From assembly GCA_964373795.1 (NCBI GenBank), contig CAYJVY010000001.1, positions 139,241-171,240 on the forward strand: DNA of 32,000 bases, in the 5' to 3' direction. Made by a program: the position numbers and the translations under genes. This DNA is from an uncultured archaeon. Lineage in GTDB: Archaea; Iainarchaeota; Iainarchaeia; Iainarchaeales; DATDZZ01. This document shows, in pieces, positions 1 to 9,700 of this stretch. Numbering within the stretch: the stretch's first letter is position 1; every line of letters begins with the position of its first letter. The notes beneath the pieces are model-generated. The model ran no database searches. It was not told the DNA's origin and saw nothing but the letters and a program-made list of their open reading frames with translations.

Positions 1-878
1 GATTTACCCAATCTCTCAACTTTATATTCAATGAAACTTCTAAGTTGAGCAAAACTCCAATTACCAATCATTTTTCTAGTTTTTCTACCAGTTCTGGAAT
101 TCCTAACATTTTTCAAGTCTTCTAAAGCAAATACATTGAAAGGCAATTCAACAATTTGCTTGCTAATTAAATGATTTACATTTCGCACAAAACGGTTCTC
201 TTTTCCACTAACTTTTTGTAGTTTTCTTTTAGCGGATTTAGTGCCTTTGCTTTGCAAATCACTTTTCAACTTCTGATATTTACCTTTAATATTTCTCAAA
301 CTTCGAGAATTAAAAAAAGAATTATTTGACAAAGTAACAATATTTTTTATACCACTATCAATGTCAAGAGTTTCAAAACCTTCAACTTTAGGAATTTTAT
401 CATTCAACATTTGTAAATGCAAAAAATAGTTTTGTCTTTTCTTTACAAGTTGGGCATTTGAGTATTTCCACTCAGAATATTTTTTGAAATAATTAGCCAT
501 TATGAAAGGAATTTTTTGTCTACCAAACAAAGTGCTTATAGAAATTATACCTTTGTCAAACATTATTGAAAGGTTTCTTTTGTCAAATCTTATTCCAGAA
601 AACTCTTTTTTAATAGGTTTTTGTTTTAATTTCAATTTTTTGAGCATATCACTTGCTTGATCACGGGAAGTTTGAAGTAAAGAAGATTGTATGCGTGGAT
701 ATTTTTTTCTAAGTAAATTGTAAGTTCTTTTATGTAGTTTGTTTTTGTTAAAAGTATGGTTTTCATATCCAAAATTAATTATTTCTTGACAAGTTTTGTT
801 AAATGTGGACATAGTTGATTCTAATTCCTTCACAACACCAAGTTTTATTATTACAGTCCTAATATCTTTATTAATCAT
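1..878 (-). CDS. tnpB: TnpB-like RNA-guided endonuclease (IS200/IS605 family OrfB), N-terminal ~292 aa; C-terminus lies beyond the window start
   Basis: My own translation of the minus strand from ATG at 878: MINKDIRTVIIKLGV...GFETLDIDSGIKNIVTLSN...NRFVRNVNHLISKQIVELPFNVFALEDLKNVRNSRTGRKTRKMIGNWSFAQLRSFIEYKVERLGK. It has a RuvC-I-like LDIDSGIKN motif and RuvC-II ALEDL, plus the typical W-SF-QL--FIEYK block. It is absent from the ORF track because it runs off the edge. Frame checked: (878-149) is divisible by 3. Confidence 0.8.
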   Translation of the reverse strand, partial: MINKDIRTVIIKLGVVKELESTMSTFNKTCQEIINFGYENHTFNKNKLHKRTYNLLRKKYPRIQSSLLQTSRDQASDMLKKLKLKQKPIKKEFSGIRFDKRNLSIMFDKGIISISTLFGRQKIPFIMANYFKKYSEWKYSNAQLVKKRQNYFLHLQMLNDKIPKVEGFETLDIDSGIKNIVTLSNNSFFNSRSLRNIKGKYQKLKSDLQSKGTKSAKRKLQKVSGKENRFVRNVNHLISKQIVELPFNVFALEDLKNVRNSRTGRKTRKMIGNWSFAQLRSFIEYKVERLGK

Positions 879-976
879 ACAATATTATTATTACTTCTTA
901 CTTATAAAAGTTTAGACTTATTTCAAAGATCCTTAAATAAGCCACATTAACTGCCTTTTTTTGCACAATCACTAAC

Positions 977-1219
977 TTGAAGGAAAGCAATTTTTGCAGC
1001 AAATGCGGAAAACCACTCAACACAGAAACCTTGAAAGTATTGGAGCAAAAAGCCCAAACAAGCAACTTGCTGCAAGAAATAATTCGTTCAGAACTAGAAA
1101 AGAAAGGAATTGATTTAGCGGAAATAACTAGAGTTTTGGCGGCAAAAGCTGAATTTTCATCCAAAACGTTTAAATTTAGGTGTTACACTCATATTAATAA
1201 TTCTTTAATATTGGTGTAG
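977..1219 (+). CDS. Hypothetical small protein with an N-terminal half zinc-ribbon (CSKCG), TTG start
   Basis: 80-aa ORF lying between tnpB and abiEi. It has only one CxxC pair and no recognisable family. An 88-aa ORF overlaps it on the opposite strand. Confidence 0.25.
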   Translation: MKESNFCSKCGKPLNTETLKVLEQKAQTSNLLQEIIRSELEKKGIDLAEITRVLAAKAEFSSKTFKFRCYTHINNSLILV

Positions 1220-1222
1220 CAT

Positions 1223-1723
1223 ATGGAAGGGCTTTCCAGCAAGGAAATCAAGGTTATTTCTTTTCTTGAACTCAATGAGAAGTCTTTCTTTACAAGAAAA
1301 GACATCAAACAGTTTTTCAAGAACTATTCCGAGCTTTCAGTTTATCTTCACAGGCTTAAAAGCAAAGGCAGGATAATCAAGATAACCAAAACCAAATATT
1401 ACCTAGTTCCGATAAAAGCATACGAGGGCAAATGGTCTGAAAATCCATTCATTGTAATTGACGAAATATTCAACGGCAAAAACTATTTCATTGGAGGTTA
1501 TGCCGCAGCACACTATTTGGGCCTCATTGACCAAATCCCAAGAAAAATTGAAGTCTATTGCACCAACAAGCAGGGAAAAACCAAACTTTTTGACACAGAA
1601 ATTGTATTTAAGAGAATCAGACCAAAAAACCTCGTTGGCTTTGTCGAACAAAAATCCAAAAACCACTCTTTCAAAATAGCTTCTAAAGAAAAGGTATTGC
1701 AATGGATGAAATCAAACCCATAA
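1223..1723 (+). CDS. abiEi: AbiEi-family antitoxin / COG5340-like transcriptional regulator (type IV TA system)
   Basis: N-terminal wHTH-like region, then the IGGYAAAHYLGLIDQIPRKIEVY block typical of AbiEi_4 domains. It overlaps the downstream AbiEii gene by 22 nt, the classic bicistronic layout. Confidence 0.7.
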   Translation: MEGLSSKEIKVISFLELNEKSFFTRKDIKQFFKNYSELSVYLHRLKSKGRIIKITKTKYYLVPIKAYEGKWSENPFIVIDEIFNGKNYFIGGYAAAHYLGLIDQIPRKIEVYCTNKQGKTKLFDTEIVFKRIRPKNLVGFVEQKSKNHSFKIASKEKVLQWMKSNP

Positions 1724-2484
1724 CAGAAAACCGCCTTCGATTCTTGGCAGCTGACAAAAAATTCAGTCTCTACTACTTGGAAAAAGACTATTACCTGACA
1801 GCACTGCTGTATTTCCTCAAAGATGTTCCTGACATTTGCTTTAAAGGCGGAACCGCACTAAACAAAATATTCCTCAACCACACCAGGCTGAGCGAAGACC
1901 TGGATTTTACCTGTGTCGGCCCACTGGAAAAAACAAAAAAAGCAATTCTCGAAATAGCTGAAAGCCACAAGGAATTCTTTATAAGAACACAATTTGACAA
2001 GCAAACACCAAACTTTTTCAGGCTAAAAATCACCTACAAAACAATAACAGACTTAAGACCAGAAATCGTTGTTGATGTAAACAAGCAGGCATCTGTTTAC
2101 TTGAAACCACAAAAATATAAGATCCCACACTTTTACGATGAAATCCCAGAGTTTGAGGTTTCTGCACTCGACAAGAAGGAATTGATTGCAGAAAAAGTCA
2201 GAACTCTTTTTCAAAGAAAAAAGGCAAGAGACTACTTCGACCTCTACTCCATAATCCAAGAAAAAATTCCAATAGATTTGGCTCTTGTAAAAAAGAAGCT
2301 AAAAGACATCAAAAAATTTGAAGTTAGCCAAATTTTCAAAAACGCCAACAAAGTTTATCGCTCTTGGGAACTGGAAATCAGTGCACTAACCAACAAACCA
2401 ATCGAATACAAAACCGCAATAACCACTATTTCCAAACACTTCAAATACAAGCAAACAAAACAAAGCAAGGCTGCCAAGAAGTGA
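1702..2484 (+). CDS. abiEii: AbiEii/AbiGii-family nucleotidyltransferase toxin (DUF1814)
   Basis: FKGGTALNKIFLNHTRLSEDLDF signature (GG-TAL...R-SEDLDF NTase motif). Size is 260 aa and it is paired with an upstream AbiEi-like gene. Confidence 0.85.
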   Translation: MDEIKPITENRLRFLAADKKFSLYYLEKDYYLTALLYFLKDVPDICFKGGTALNKIFLNHTRLSEDLDFTCVGPLEKTKKAILEIAESHKEFFIRTQFDKQTPNFFRLKITYKTITDLRPEIVVDVNKQASVYLKPQKYKIPHFYDEIPEFEVSALDKKELIAEKVRTLFQRKKARDYFDLYSIIQEKIPIDLALVKKKLKDIKKFEVSQIFKNANKVYRSWELEISALTNKPIEYKTAITTISKHFKYKQTKQSKAAKK

Positions 2485-2647
2485 ATTGCATGGAAACATT
2501 TAAGGGAAAAGTCCGCAGAATCCTAGCCAACGGTGGAACCGGAATTTCCATTTTGGTTTTGTTTGACGGAAACAATAATACTTATTTTTGTGCCAGCATT
2601 TTAGGCAGGCTAGACTAACTTTTTCTGGGTTTGTCATTTGATCACTT

Positions 2648-2897
2648 TACAGTTCTTTTATTTGGTTGAGTGTTGTTTCTATGTTTTCGTTTGAAACTAG
2701 GAAGAACGCTGTTTTTCCATTTCCAAGTTTTGCCCAGTCGTCTGCAATCTCAACTTTGTATTGGGTGTCTTTTGTGCTGGTTCGGTCGTCCCCTTTCCAT
2801 TCAAGAACATAATTGTGCCTTTTTTTGTAACTGCAATAAAGTCAGGATAAAATTTGCCTCTCTTCCAGCCTGGATGTAGAAGTCTTGCTTTTCCTTG
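2648..2897 (-). pseudogene. Remnant of the C-terminal PD-(D/E)xK nuclease domain of a restriction-enzyme/helicase-type protein; 5'-truncated and frameshifted
   Basis: The minus strand reads ...ARLLHPGWKRGKFYPDFIAVTKK, then changes frame at an A7 run (plus-strand T7 at 2820-2826). It continues as HNYVLEWKGDDRTSTKDTQYKVEIADDWAKLGNGKTAFFLVSNENIETTLNQIKEL*. One extra A would join the PDF...EWK (D...ExK) motifs in one frame. No start codon follows the upstream in-frame TAA (2898-2900). Confidence 0.45.
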
Positions 2898-3049
2898 TTA
2901 CGAACCCAGCATTTGGCTTACTTGCATTAAATTCTTTTTTTCTCTGATAAAACGAAAATTAAAATTAAAGAGCATTAATTAAAAAATATGGCTTTTTAAA
3001 TTGTTTTATGAGATAAATATTCTACTAATATAGTTGCCGGGGTGATTAA

Positions 3050-3196
3050 TTGCCTTTAGTTGAAGCAAGTTCCAAGTCATCAAGAGTTGAACGAAGATGC
3101 ATGAGTTGTGGCAGGGCTTTAAATCCAGATGCAAGAGACCTTTATTCAAGAAGATTTTGCTCTAATGGATGTAAAGAAAACTATTTAAGAAAATAA
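3050..3196 (+). CDS. Small Zn-ribbon protein, DUF2116-like (48 aa, TTG start; alternative internal ATG gives 31 aa)
   Basis: My translation: (M)PLVEASSKSSRVERRCMSCGRALNPDARDLYSRRFCSNGCKENYLRK*. The pattern C-x2-C...FCS-x2-C-x3-Y matches my memory of archaeal DUF2116. It is below the ORF-track size cut-off. Confidence 0.4.
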   Translation: MPLVEASSKSSRVERRCMSCGRALNPDARDLYSRRFCSNGCKENYLRK

Positions 3197-3217
3197 AACT
3201 TTTTTAATAGTGTTCAA

Positions 3218-4003
3218 ATGGATTTTATTACTCAAAAAGTAAATCAATTGTATGAAAAATATCCTTATCCTTCTCTTTCTTTTTTTAATCCAAGCCTAGA
3301 CATATCTATTCATGCAAACAAGATTGCAAAGCCTTTGAATAAAACCATTTATGATCTTTCTCCTAGGAACTCTGTTTTAGATGTTGGATGTGGAACAGGA
3401 GAAATCACTTGTTCTCTGGCTTTTGGTGGTGCGAAAACAGTTGGAGTTGATTTGTCAAAAAATTCGTTGAAGAGAGCAAGGCTTTTAGCAAAAAAACTCA
3501 AACTTTCAACCATTAAATTTTTGCATAAAAATTTATTTGATTTAAATTTAAATCAAGAATTTGATTTTGTTTTTTCTTTAGGAGTATTACATCATACTTC
3601 TAATCCAAAAAAGGGTTTTGAAAAACTTGTCCAACACACTAAATCAAATGGATTTATTACTATTGGATTGTATAATGTTTTTGGAAGATTTAAGCACAGG
3701 CTTAGAAGAAAACTTATTTCTGTTCTTGCAGGAAAAGACATTGAGAAAAGAATTGCTTTAAGCAAGAAATTGTTTCATAAAGGATTTGCTTCAGAGCAAG
3801 ATGAAATTTATTTAGCTGATAAATTTGCTCATCCAAATGAAAGGTATTCTTCTTTGGAAGAAGTTTTTTCCTGGTTTAAAGAATTTAACATTAAATTTGT
3901 TGACTGTAATCCAAAAATTTCTTCAAATCCTTTTTTAACTCAAATCAATTGGCTTTTAAATGAAAAAACGTTTTTCATTGTTTCAGGGCAAAAACTTGAA
4001 TAA
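3218..4003 (+). CDS. Class I SAM-dependent methyltransferase
   Basis: Motif I VLDVGCGTGE, followed by VGVDLS and FDFVFSLGVLHH (motifs II-IV of the Methyltransf_11/25 type). Confidence 0.85.
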   Translation: MDFITQKVNQLYEKYPYPSLSFFNPSLDISIHANKIAKPLNKTIYDLSPRNSVLDVGCGTGEITCSLAFGGAKTVGVDLSKNSLKRARLLAKKLKLSTIKFLHKNLFDLNLNQEFDFVFSLGVLHHTSNPKKGFEKLVQHTKSNGFITIGLYNVFGRFKHRLRRKLISVLAGKDIEKRIALSKKLFHKGFASEQDEIYLADKFAHPNERYSSLEEVFSWFKEFNIKFVDCNPKISSNPFLTQINWLLNEKTFFIVSGQKLE

Positions 4004-4035
4004 GCTTTAATAATTTTTTCAATTAAACTATTTCA

Positions 4036-4533
4036 GTGATTGAATTGAGTGAAGTTAAAAAAATAATTGAAGCAGCATTATTTATGAGTTCAAAACCAAT
4101 TCCTTTCATGGAATTACTTAAGTTATCGGAAAGCGCTTTAGAGTTAAGAAAATCAATTACTGAGTTAACCAATTTTTATAATTCATCTGATTCTGCTTTA
4201 GAAATAACTGAAACTCCTGCAGGATTTCAAATGAGGGTTAGATTAAATTATGCTGATAAAGTAAACCATTTAGCTGCTGCTTCAAGTGAATTTTCTTCAT
4301 CTGTAATGAAAACCCTTGCATTAATTGCTTACAAGCAACCATTAATTCAAGCAGAATTAATTAAGTATCGTTCAAACAAAGCATACGAAGACGTAAAAGT
4401 TTTAGAGTCATTAGGATTTATTTCTCGTGAACCAAACCAGAAAACATTTATTTTGCGTACAACAAAAAAATTCGTTGAATACTTCGGCCCAAACCCAGTG
4501 AAACTAGTAAAACACGAAGCATTAAAAGAATAA
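4036..4533 (+). CDS. scpB: Segregation and condensation protein B (ScpB), GTG start
   Basis: N-terminal IIEAALFMSSKPIPFMEL is typical of ScpB, with two wHTH-sized halves in 165 aa. No scpA or smc gene is adjacent in the window. Confidence 0.75.
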   Translation: MIELSEVKKIIEAALFMSSKPIPFMELLKLSESALELRKSITELTNFYNSSDSALEITETPAGFQMRVRLNYADKVNHLAAASSEFSSSVMKTLALIAYKQPLIQAELIKYRSNKAYEDVKVLESLGFISREPNQKTFILRTTKKFVEYFGPNPVKLVKHEALKE

Positions 4534-4541
4534 TTTCTAAA

Positions 4542-5285
4542 TCACTTCTTTTTAACATATATTTGATAAGGAAAGTAAACTCTTCCTTCAATTTCCAAAG
4601 TAATTGTTTTAACACTGTTTTCAGTTTTATTAAAAATGGCGTCATATATTTCATATTGGTTATCGTTTATCTCAAAATAAATTTTTGAACCCTTATTCAG
4701 AGGAGGTGAAGTAAACCATCCTCCTCTCTCAGTTTTTCCTTCTTTTAATAACTCTCCATTTGATGAAAAAAGTTTTACATTGATTCCTTCCACTTCATTA
4801 AAAATATTTTCATCAAGAACAGAAATTTTAACAGTGTTTTCTTTTTTTTCAAAATCATATAAAGGATTTAATGAAACTGCAAAGCTGCTTACTTTTGATA
4901 GAACTCCACCTTCAATATATTCGTGACTGCTTACAAATCCTTCCTTCATTGCAAGTACGTATAAAGATTCATTTTTATCAGTGTTTTCTTTAATAGCTTT
5001 AGTTGAATAAAACGTTCCATCAAAACCTGTTCGACCTTCGTCTACTATGAAAAATATTGAACCAGTTTCTTCATTAATTGTATTTCTTTTAATCACAACT
5101 ACTATTGAGTCTGATACTGGTTGTTGGGTTTCATCATTCAAGACAATGATTTTTCCATTACCTGAATTGTTTATTAAATTTACTCCAATGCATCCACTTA
5201 AAGTAATAATTAATAAAACCAAAAGCACAAAACTTGTCAAACTTTTTTTTGATTCCATAAATTCTACAAAAACCTTATTTAACAA
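4542..5285 (-). CDS. Predicted lipoprotein / secreted protein, beta-rich (carboxypeptidase-regulatory-like repeats possible)
   Basis: N-terminal hydrophobic segment ending in the lipobox-like LSGC. The remainder is hydrophilic and beta-strand-like. No catalytic motif recognised. Confidence 0.6.
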   Translation of the reverse strand: MLNKVFVEFMESKKSLTSFVLLVLLIITLSGCIGVNLINNSGNGKIIVLNDETQQPVSDSIVVVIKRNTINEETGSIFFIVDEGRTGFDGTFYSTKAIKENTDKNESLYVLAMKEGFVSSHEYIEGGVLSKVSSFAVSLNPLYDFEKKENTVKISVLDENIFNEVEGINVKLFSSNGELLKEGKTERGGWFTSPPLNKGSKIYFEINDNQYEIYDAIFNKTENSVKTITLEIEGRVYFPYQIYVKKK

Positions 5286-5347
5286 ATGATTTATATACTT
5301 GTTTGATACATAATACTAATACGTATTTTTATTTAGGGGTGATTTTT

Positions 5348-5701
5348 TTGGGATTTCTTAAAAACGTGTTATCTCCAAGACAAGAGGAAATCAACATTGA
5401 AGAGTTTTTAAACAACTTGGATGTTGAAGAAGAAACTTTAGAAGATGCAGATGCATATGTTAAGCCAATGGTTTTAGCAGAGGAAGCAGATGTGCAAACA
5501 GTTTTAAACGAAGCAAAGCAAGGAAATATTGTTTTGTTAAACATTGCTGATTTAACTAAAAGAAATGCATTAAAGCTTAGAGACTTAGTTGGAAGAATCA
5601 GAGACGAAGTTGAATCAATTAATGGAGATATTGCAAGGATTTCAGATGATAGGGTTTTGGTTACTCCGTCTAGGGTTAAAATTGTTAAAAGAAGGAATTA
5701 A
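5348..5701 (+). CDS. sepF: Cell division protein SepF (DUF552)
   Basis: YVKPMVLAEEADVQTVLNEAKQGNIVLLNIADL...GDIARISDDRVLVTP matches the SepF core. I prefer the TTG at 5348 ((M)GFLKNVL, amphipathic membrane-targeting N-terminus), which is preceded by AGGGGTGA 5 nt upstream. The ORF track starts at 5303. Confidence 0.8.
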   Translation: MGFLKNVLSPRQEEINIEEFLNNLDVEEETLEDADAYVKPMVLAEEADVQTVLNEAKQGNIVLLNIADLTKRNALKLRDLVGRIRDEVESINGDIARISDDRVLVTPSRVKIVKRRN

Positions 5702-5724
5702 AGTTTAATTACAAGGTTAATTAA

Positions 5725-6510
5725 ATGATTTTAAACAAACCTTCTTTTTCCATTTCTTTTTCTTTTGAAGATTGTGTTTCTACTATTGAAAGCATTATTA
5801 AGTCTCATGGTTGGACTAATTTTGAAGTAGGAGACGTAAAACTTGTTTACACTCCTTACTGGATTTTTTCTTACGATGCTTTTCTTGAATCAACTGAAAA
5901 AGGGAAAGAAAAATTTATTTCAGACACCTCTTCTAGTAAAATGGCTTTAAATTCTCATACAGGAGAATTAAATCAAGACATTCCTTCATTGCTTGAATTT
6001 AATCCAGTTCACAATGTAAGAAAACCAGACGAAAAATATGAATTCGAAGTAGTCACTCCACTCATTTCAAAAAATGAAGTGCAAAAAATTGCTCCAATTA
6101 AATTAGCTTCTCAATTGCAAGTTCCAAAAGACAATATTGTTATTTCTGCCTTGCAAGAATTATTTGTTCCTGTTTGGATTTTGCAAATAAAAGTAGCAGA
6201 AGGAGTTTATAGATTTGAAGTTAACGCTGTAAGCGGAGACATTATTAATGAACAAGAAATTCCTGAAAGAGAAAAATCTTGGATTGAAGTAACAAATGAA
6301 ACTCTTTCAGAGTTACAATCTCCTGGAGCATGGATTAAATATTCTTCCGAGATTTTTGGAGAAACATTTAAATCAGTACCAAAGCCTTCTTTAAGTTCAA
6401 ATCAAAATCTTTTAAGTCTTTTTTCCTCCCAAAAAAGAATACTAATAATTTTATTAGTGATTTTGTTAATTTTAATTCTTTTATGGAATTATGGATACAT
6501 TAAAATATAA
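5725..6510 (+). CDS. Hypothetical C-terminally membrane-anchored protein with two PepSY-like segments
   Basis: 261-aa ORF with a C-terminal TM segment ILIILLVILLILILLW. Two segments resemble PepSY-type hairpins: VKLVYTPYWIFSYD...NSHTGEL and VYRFEVNAVSGDIINE. It starts 23 nt after sepF. Confidence 0.55.
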   Translation: MILNKPSFSISFSFEDCVSTIESIIKSHGWTNFEVGDVKLVYTPYWIFSYDAFLESTEKGKEKFISDTSSSKMALNSHTGELNQDIPSLLEFNPVHNVRKPDEKYEFEVVTPLISKNEVQKIAPIKLASQLQVPKDNIVISALQELFVPVWILQIKVAEGVYRFEVNAVSGDIINEQEIPEREKSWIEVTNETLSELQSPGAWIKYSSEIFGETFKSVPKPSLSSNQNLLSLFSSQKRILIILLVILLILILLWNYGYIKI

Positions 6511-6530
6511 CTTGCCTTCCTATTTTTTTT

Positions 6531-6782
6531 ATGAAACCATTTCCAAGAAAACAAAGGAAAAGAACTTTTCCACCTAAAATGAAGGTAGATAGAAAGCTTT
6601 CGAAAAAACAAATCGCTTATTATCAAAAACTTGGTTTTAAAGTTTTAAGACATCCAATTTCCGCAAATTTAATTTTATTTAATCCTAAAACAGGAAAAGA
6701 AATTTGGGTTTTAGAAGAACATAGTGGATTTAGTAGAGCAATGCTTAGAAGAATTTTTCTTCCAGAAGATGAACTTGATTAA
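6531..6782 (+). CDS. Hypothetical small basic protein
   Basis: 83-aa ORF with a lysine/arginine-rich N-terminus. It converges on polC and overlaps it by 4 nt. No family recognised. Confidence 0.4.
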   Translation: MKPFPRKQRKRTFPPKMKVDRKLSKKQIAYYQKLGFKVLRHPISANLILFNPKTGKEIWVLEEHSGFSRAMLRRIFLPEDELD

Positions 6783-9700
6783 ACAAATTCAAATAAACTT
6801 TTTTGAGAAGGTTTATCGTCTTTAAAAATTGAATCAATTTCTAGTTCAGCTAATTCAATTCTTTGCTTTAAATAAGTGCTTAAATCGTAGTTGTAAATTA
6901 TTTGTTTAGCTATTTCTAAATATTTTCTTACAGTTCCTTGAGAGATTGTTAAAATTAATTCATTATTGCATTTAGTGCAAGTGCCTTTTAATGGAATTCT
7001 TCTATACTTTGAATTGCATTTACTGCATCTAAATTGTTGTCTAGTGAAAGCGCGAGCATTTCCAATAATGTCTGGAAAGAAATGGCTTCTTAAAACTCTT
7101 TCCAATGCATCTTTTCCTTTCACTGATTTTATTTTGAATTGCAGTTCAGCCTGTCGTTTAATTTTTTCCTCCATTTCTTTTAATTGAGTATACATTGATT
7201 GTTTTGGTCCGGCATCGAATAAAGTTGTTGAATGAGTGAAATTTAATTCAGTGAATTGATTTTCTTTTCCTAGTTTTTTTTGCACTGTTGAAATAAAATT
7301 CAAAAAACTTGTTTCATAGTTTAACGATTTTTCATATAATTCTATTGGATATTCTTTGCATGTCTCCATTGAATAAACTTCATCATCTATTTCTTGAGGA
7401 TTTAATGCAACAGTAAAAACTAATGGAGCATCCATTCTTCCCCCGCTTTTATGGCTTAAATATGTTTGACTAAAATTCAATAATGAATCCATTAACAACA
7501 TTATTGAATCTTGATCTCCATCAAAATTTCTTCTTCTACACATTACTGAATATGGATGGCACCACATTAGCAATGCTTTACTGAATCCAATTACTCTTTG
7601 AACTATTCCAGCAGAAGTATGAGGAGCTAATCCAATTACTAGTTCTCCAATTAATTCTTCTTTTGAATTAACTTTATAGTATGGTTCTATTTTGTAAAAT
7701 TTTTCAAGTAATTCGTCAATGAATTTACTCATTCTAAGCATCCAAATTCCGGCTTTTTCGTTCACAATTACGTCTTGAGGAAATAATTCAATTAATTGTT
7801 CTTCTGAAGTAATTTCTTTTCCTTCAAAATCAACTGTATACCCTAATACTTTTACTTTTTCAACTGTTAAACCAATTTCTTTTGGTTTAAAAAAATTTAA
7901 TGGAGCATTTAATAACTCAAACCTGCTTGTCCCATCTCTATAAATATGAATATTGTGTTTTCCTCTTAGAATTCCTTTTTCCAATGGCTCTGGAATCTTT
8001 GATTCAGCAAATAATCCTTTGACTCCTTTAATTAAGTCAGGCATTCTTTCATCTAAATTTTCAACTGCTTCGCCTAACATTTTTTTTAATTCAATTTTTC
8101 TTTTATTAAATTCACTTAAATTAATTGATCCGCATCCTTTACATCTTTCTCCTTCAACTATTCTCATACAGTCATTGCAAGAATTAACCTTCATTGTTCT
8201 AATTCCACATTCCTTGCAATAATAGTATGGCAAGATTTTTTCGCATTTCATGCATTTAAATAAAGCTATTTCTACTTCTATTACTCCTTCTTGTAAAGAC
8301 TTTTTATCAATGTCATTCATTGCTTTGTTAATGCTTCTAGTTGGCCCTCCTTTTAATGCAATTGGAAACAATATATGTGGATTGCCTTTCATTTGCCTTT
8401 CTTTAGCTGCTTCTGGTCGCCCCATTCTTGCTCCAATAAATGTTCCACATTTATCCATTATTTTTACTCCGCTAATTTTGCTTAAAGATTCTAACACGTT
8501 TTCTGAAACTAATTCCAAAACTTTTTCATTAAAAAACCCAAAACAAGTTAAAACATTTTTTGCGTGTTTTTCTTCAATAACTATTTTTCCGTCAATTATT
8601 TTATGCTCTAATCCAATTAATTCTAATAAGGGTTTGATTTTTTCACTTACTTTTACTTGAATAATTCTTTCATCAAGTGATTCGATTTCCGCGTTTTTGA
8701 ATTCATTAATTAATTCAATTAAATCTTTTTTAGACAAAATCTTGTAATAATAAATAAATTTTGGATGCAACGGAATTCCAAAATCTTTCGAAAGTTTGAA
8801 AGCAAAATCAAAATTCAATTCGTTTTCTCTTCCATTATTTGCAATTAATTTTTCAATTTCAACATTAAAATTATTTGAAGTAACTGCTTTTTTTAGGTCT
8901 TGAATCCACCATTCTTCAACATATGCACTTGGCACTAAAGGATGAGCTGTTTTTTTGAAATCCCCTAAAGTAACTAGAATATCTCCTAGGAAAAGGATTT
9001 GCTCTAATTGAGGTTTAAGTTTCTCTGCTAATTCAATTGAATTTACTTGAATTACTTCCCCATTTTTTAATTTAATTATTGGGCCATCAATTGAATCGCA
9101 TGGAAATAATTGGGCTGCTTTTCCTGGGCGTTCAATTCTAATATGTGTTCCAACTGCAATGAATTCATCCAGTAAATACATTAAAGCTGGATTAATTGCT
9201 TTAGCCATGCAACCAGTATTTCTTGCTTTTCCATATCTTAATCTAAACCCTCCAAAAGCACTTGGATATGCTAGTAAAGGCCTGCCTGCAGCCAAGCCTT
9301 CCAAGTATTTATCTGTTGGAGTTATTTCAGTTATTTTGTCTGCTGTTTTTTCAACCTTAATTATTTTTTCCAACCATTTCCAATCTAAGCTTAACTGGTT
9401 TGCCCAACTCAAAATCTTCATTGCTTTTAATGCAACTCCTTCTGATACAACTAAAGCCATTCCTCCTCTAATCCTGTTTGAAGGAATTCTGTCAATATTT
9501 CTATGAACTGAAACTTCTCTTTCTTCTGTTGGAATTCCATTAATGCATATAGGGCATCCTCTAATAATTGTTTTAATTTCTTCTTCCGGAACCTTGTATT
9601 GTCGAGAAATGATTTCAGTTTGATAAATCATTATTTCTTCTACATATCTTTCAACTTCTTCTTCTGTTGGTTTATATCTGTCAATGTCTAATAAGCTTCT

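Noticed and set aside
898-1164. 88-aa minus-strand ORF upstream of tnpB
   Set aside because: It overlaps the 977-1219 plus-strand ORF and the presumed IS left end. It has no motif and Phe/Ser/Leu-rich composition. Neither ORF is convincing; I kept only the plus-strand one, at low confidence.
1403-2259. Overlapping ORFs within abiEi and abiEii (1403-1702 minus, 1458-1679 plus, 1791-2033 minus, 2053-2259 minus)
   Set aside because: They are alternative-frame or antisense ORFs inside the motif-supported AbiE pair.
2364-2879. Plus-strand ORFs 2364-2618 and 2670-2879
   Set aside because: The first mostly overlaps the abiEii 3' end out of frame. Only its tail from ATG 2490 (METFKGKVRRILANGGTGISILVLFDGNNNTYF..., OB-fold-like) looks protein-like, and at 42 aa it is probably a fragment. 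The second is antisense to the nuclease-domain remnant.
4448-5544. ORFs 4448-4654 (minus), 5047-5289 (plus) and 5329-5544 (minus)
   Set aside because: They are antisense or out of frame relative to scpB, the lipoprotein gene and sepF, with no independent support.
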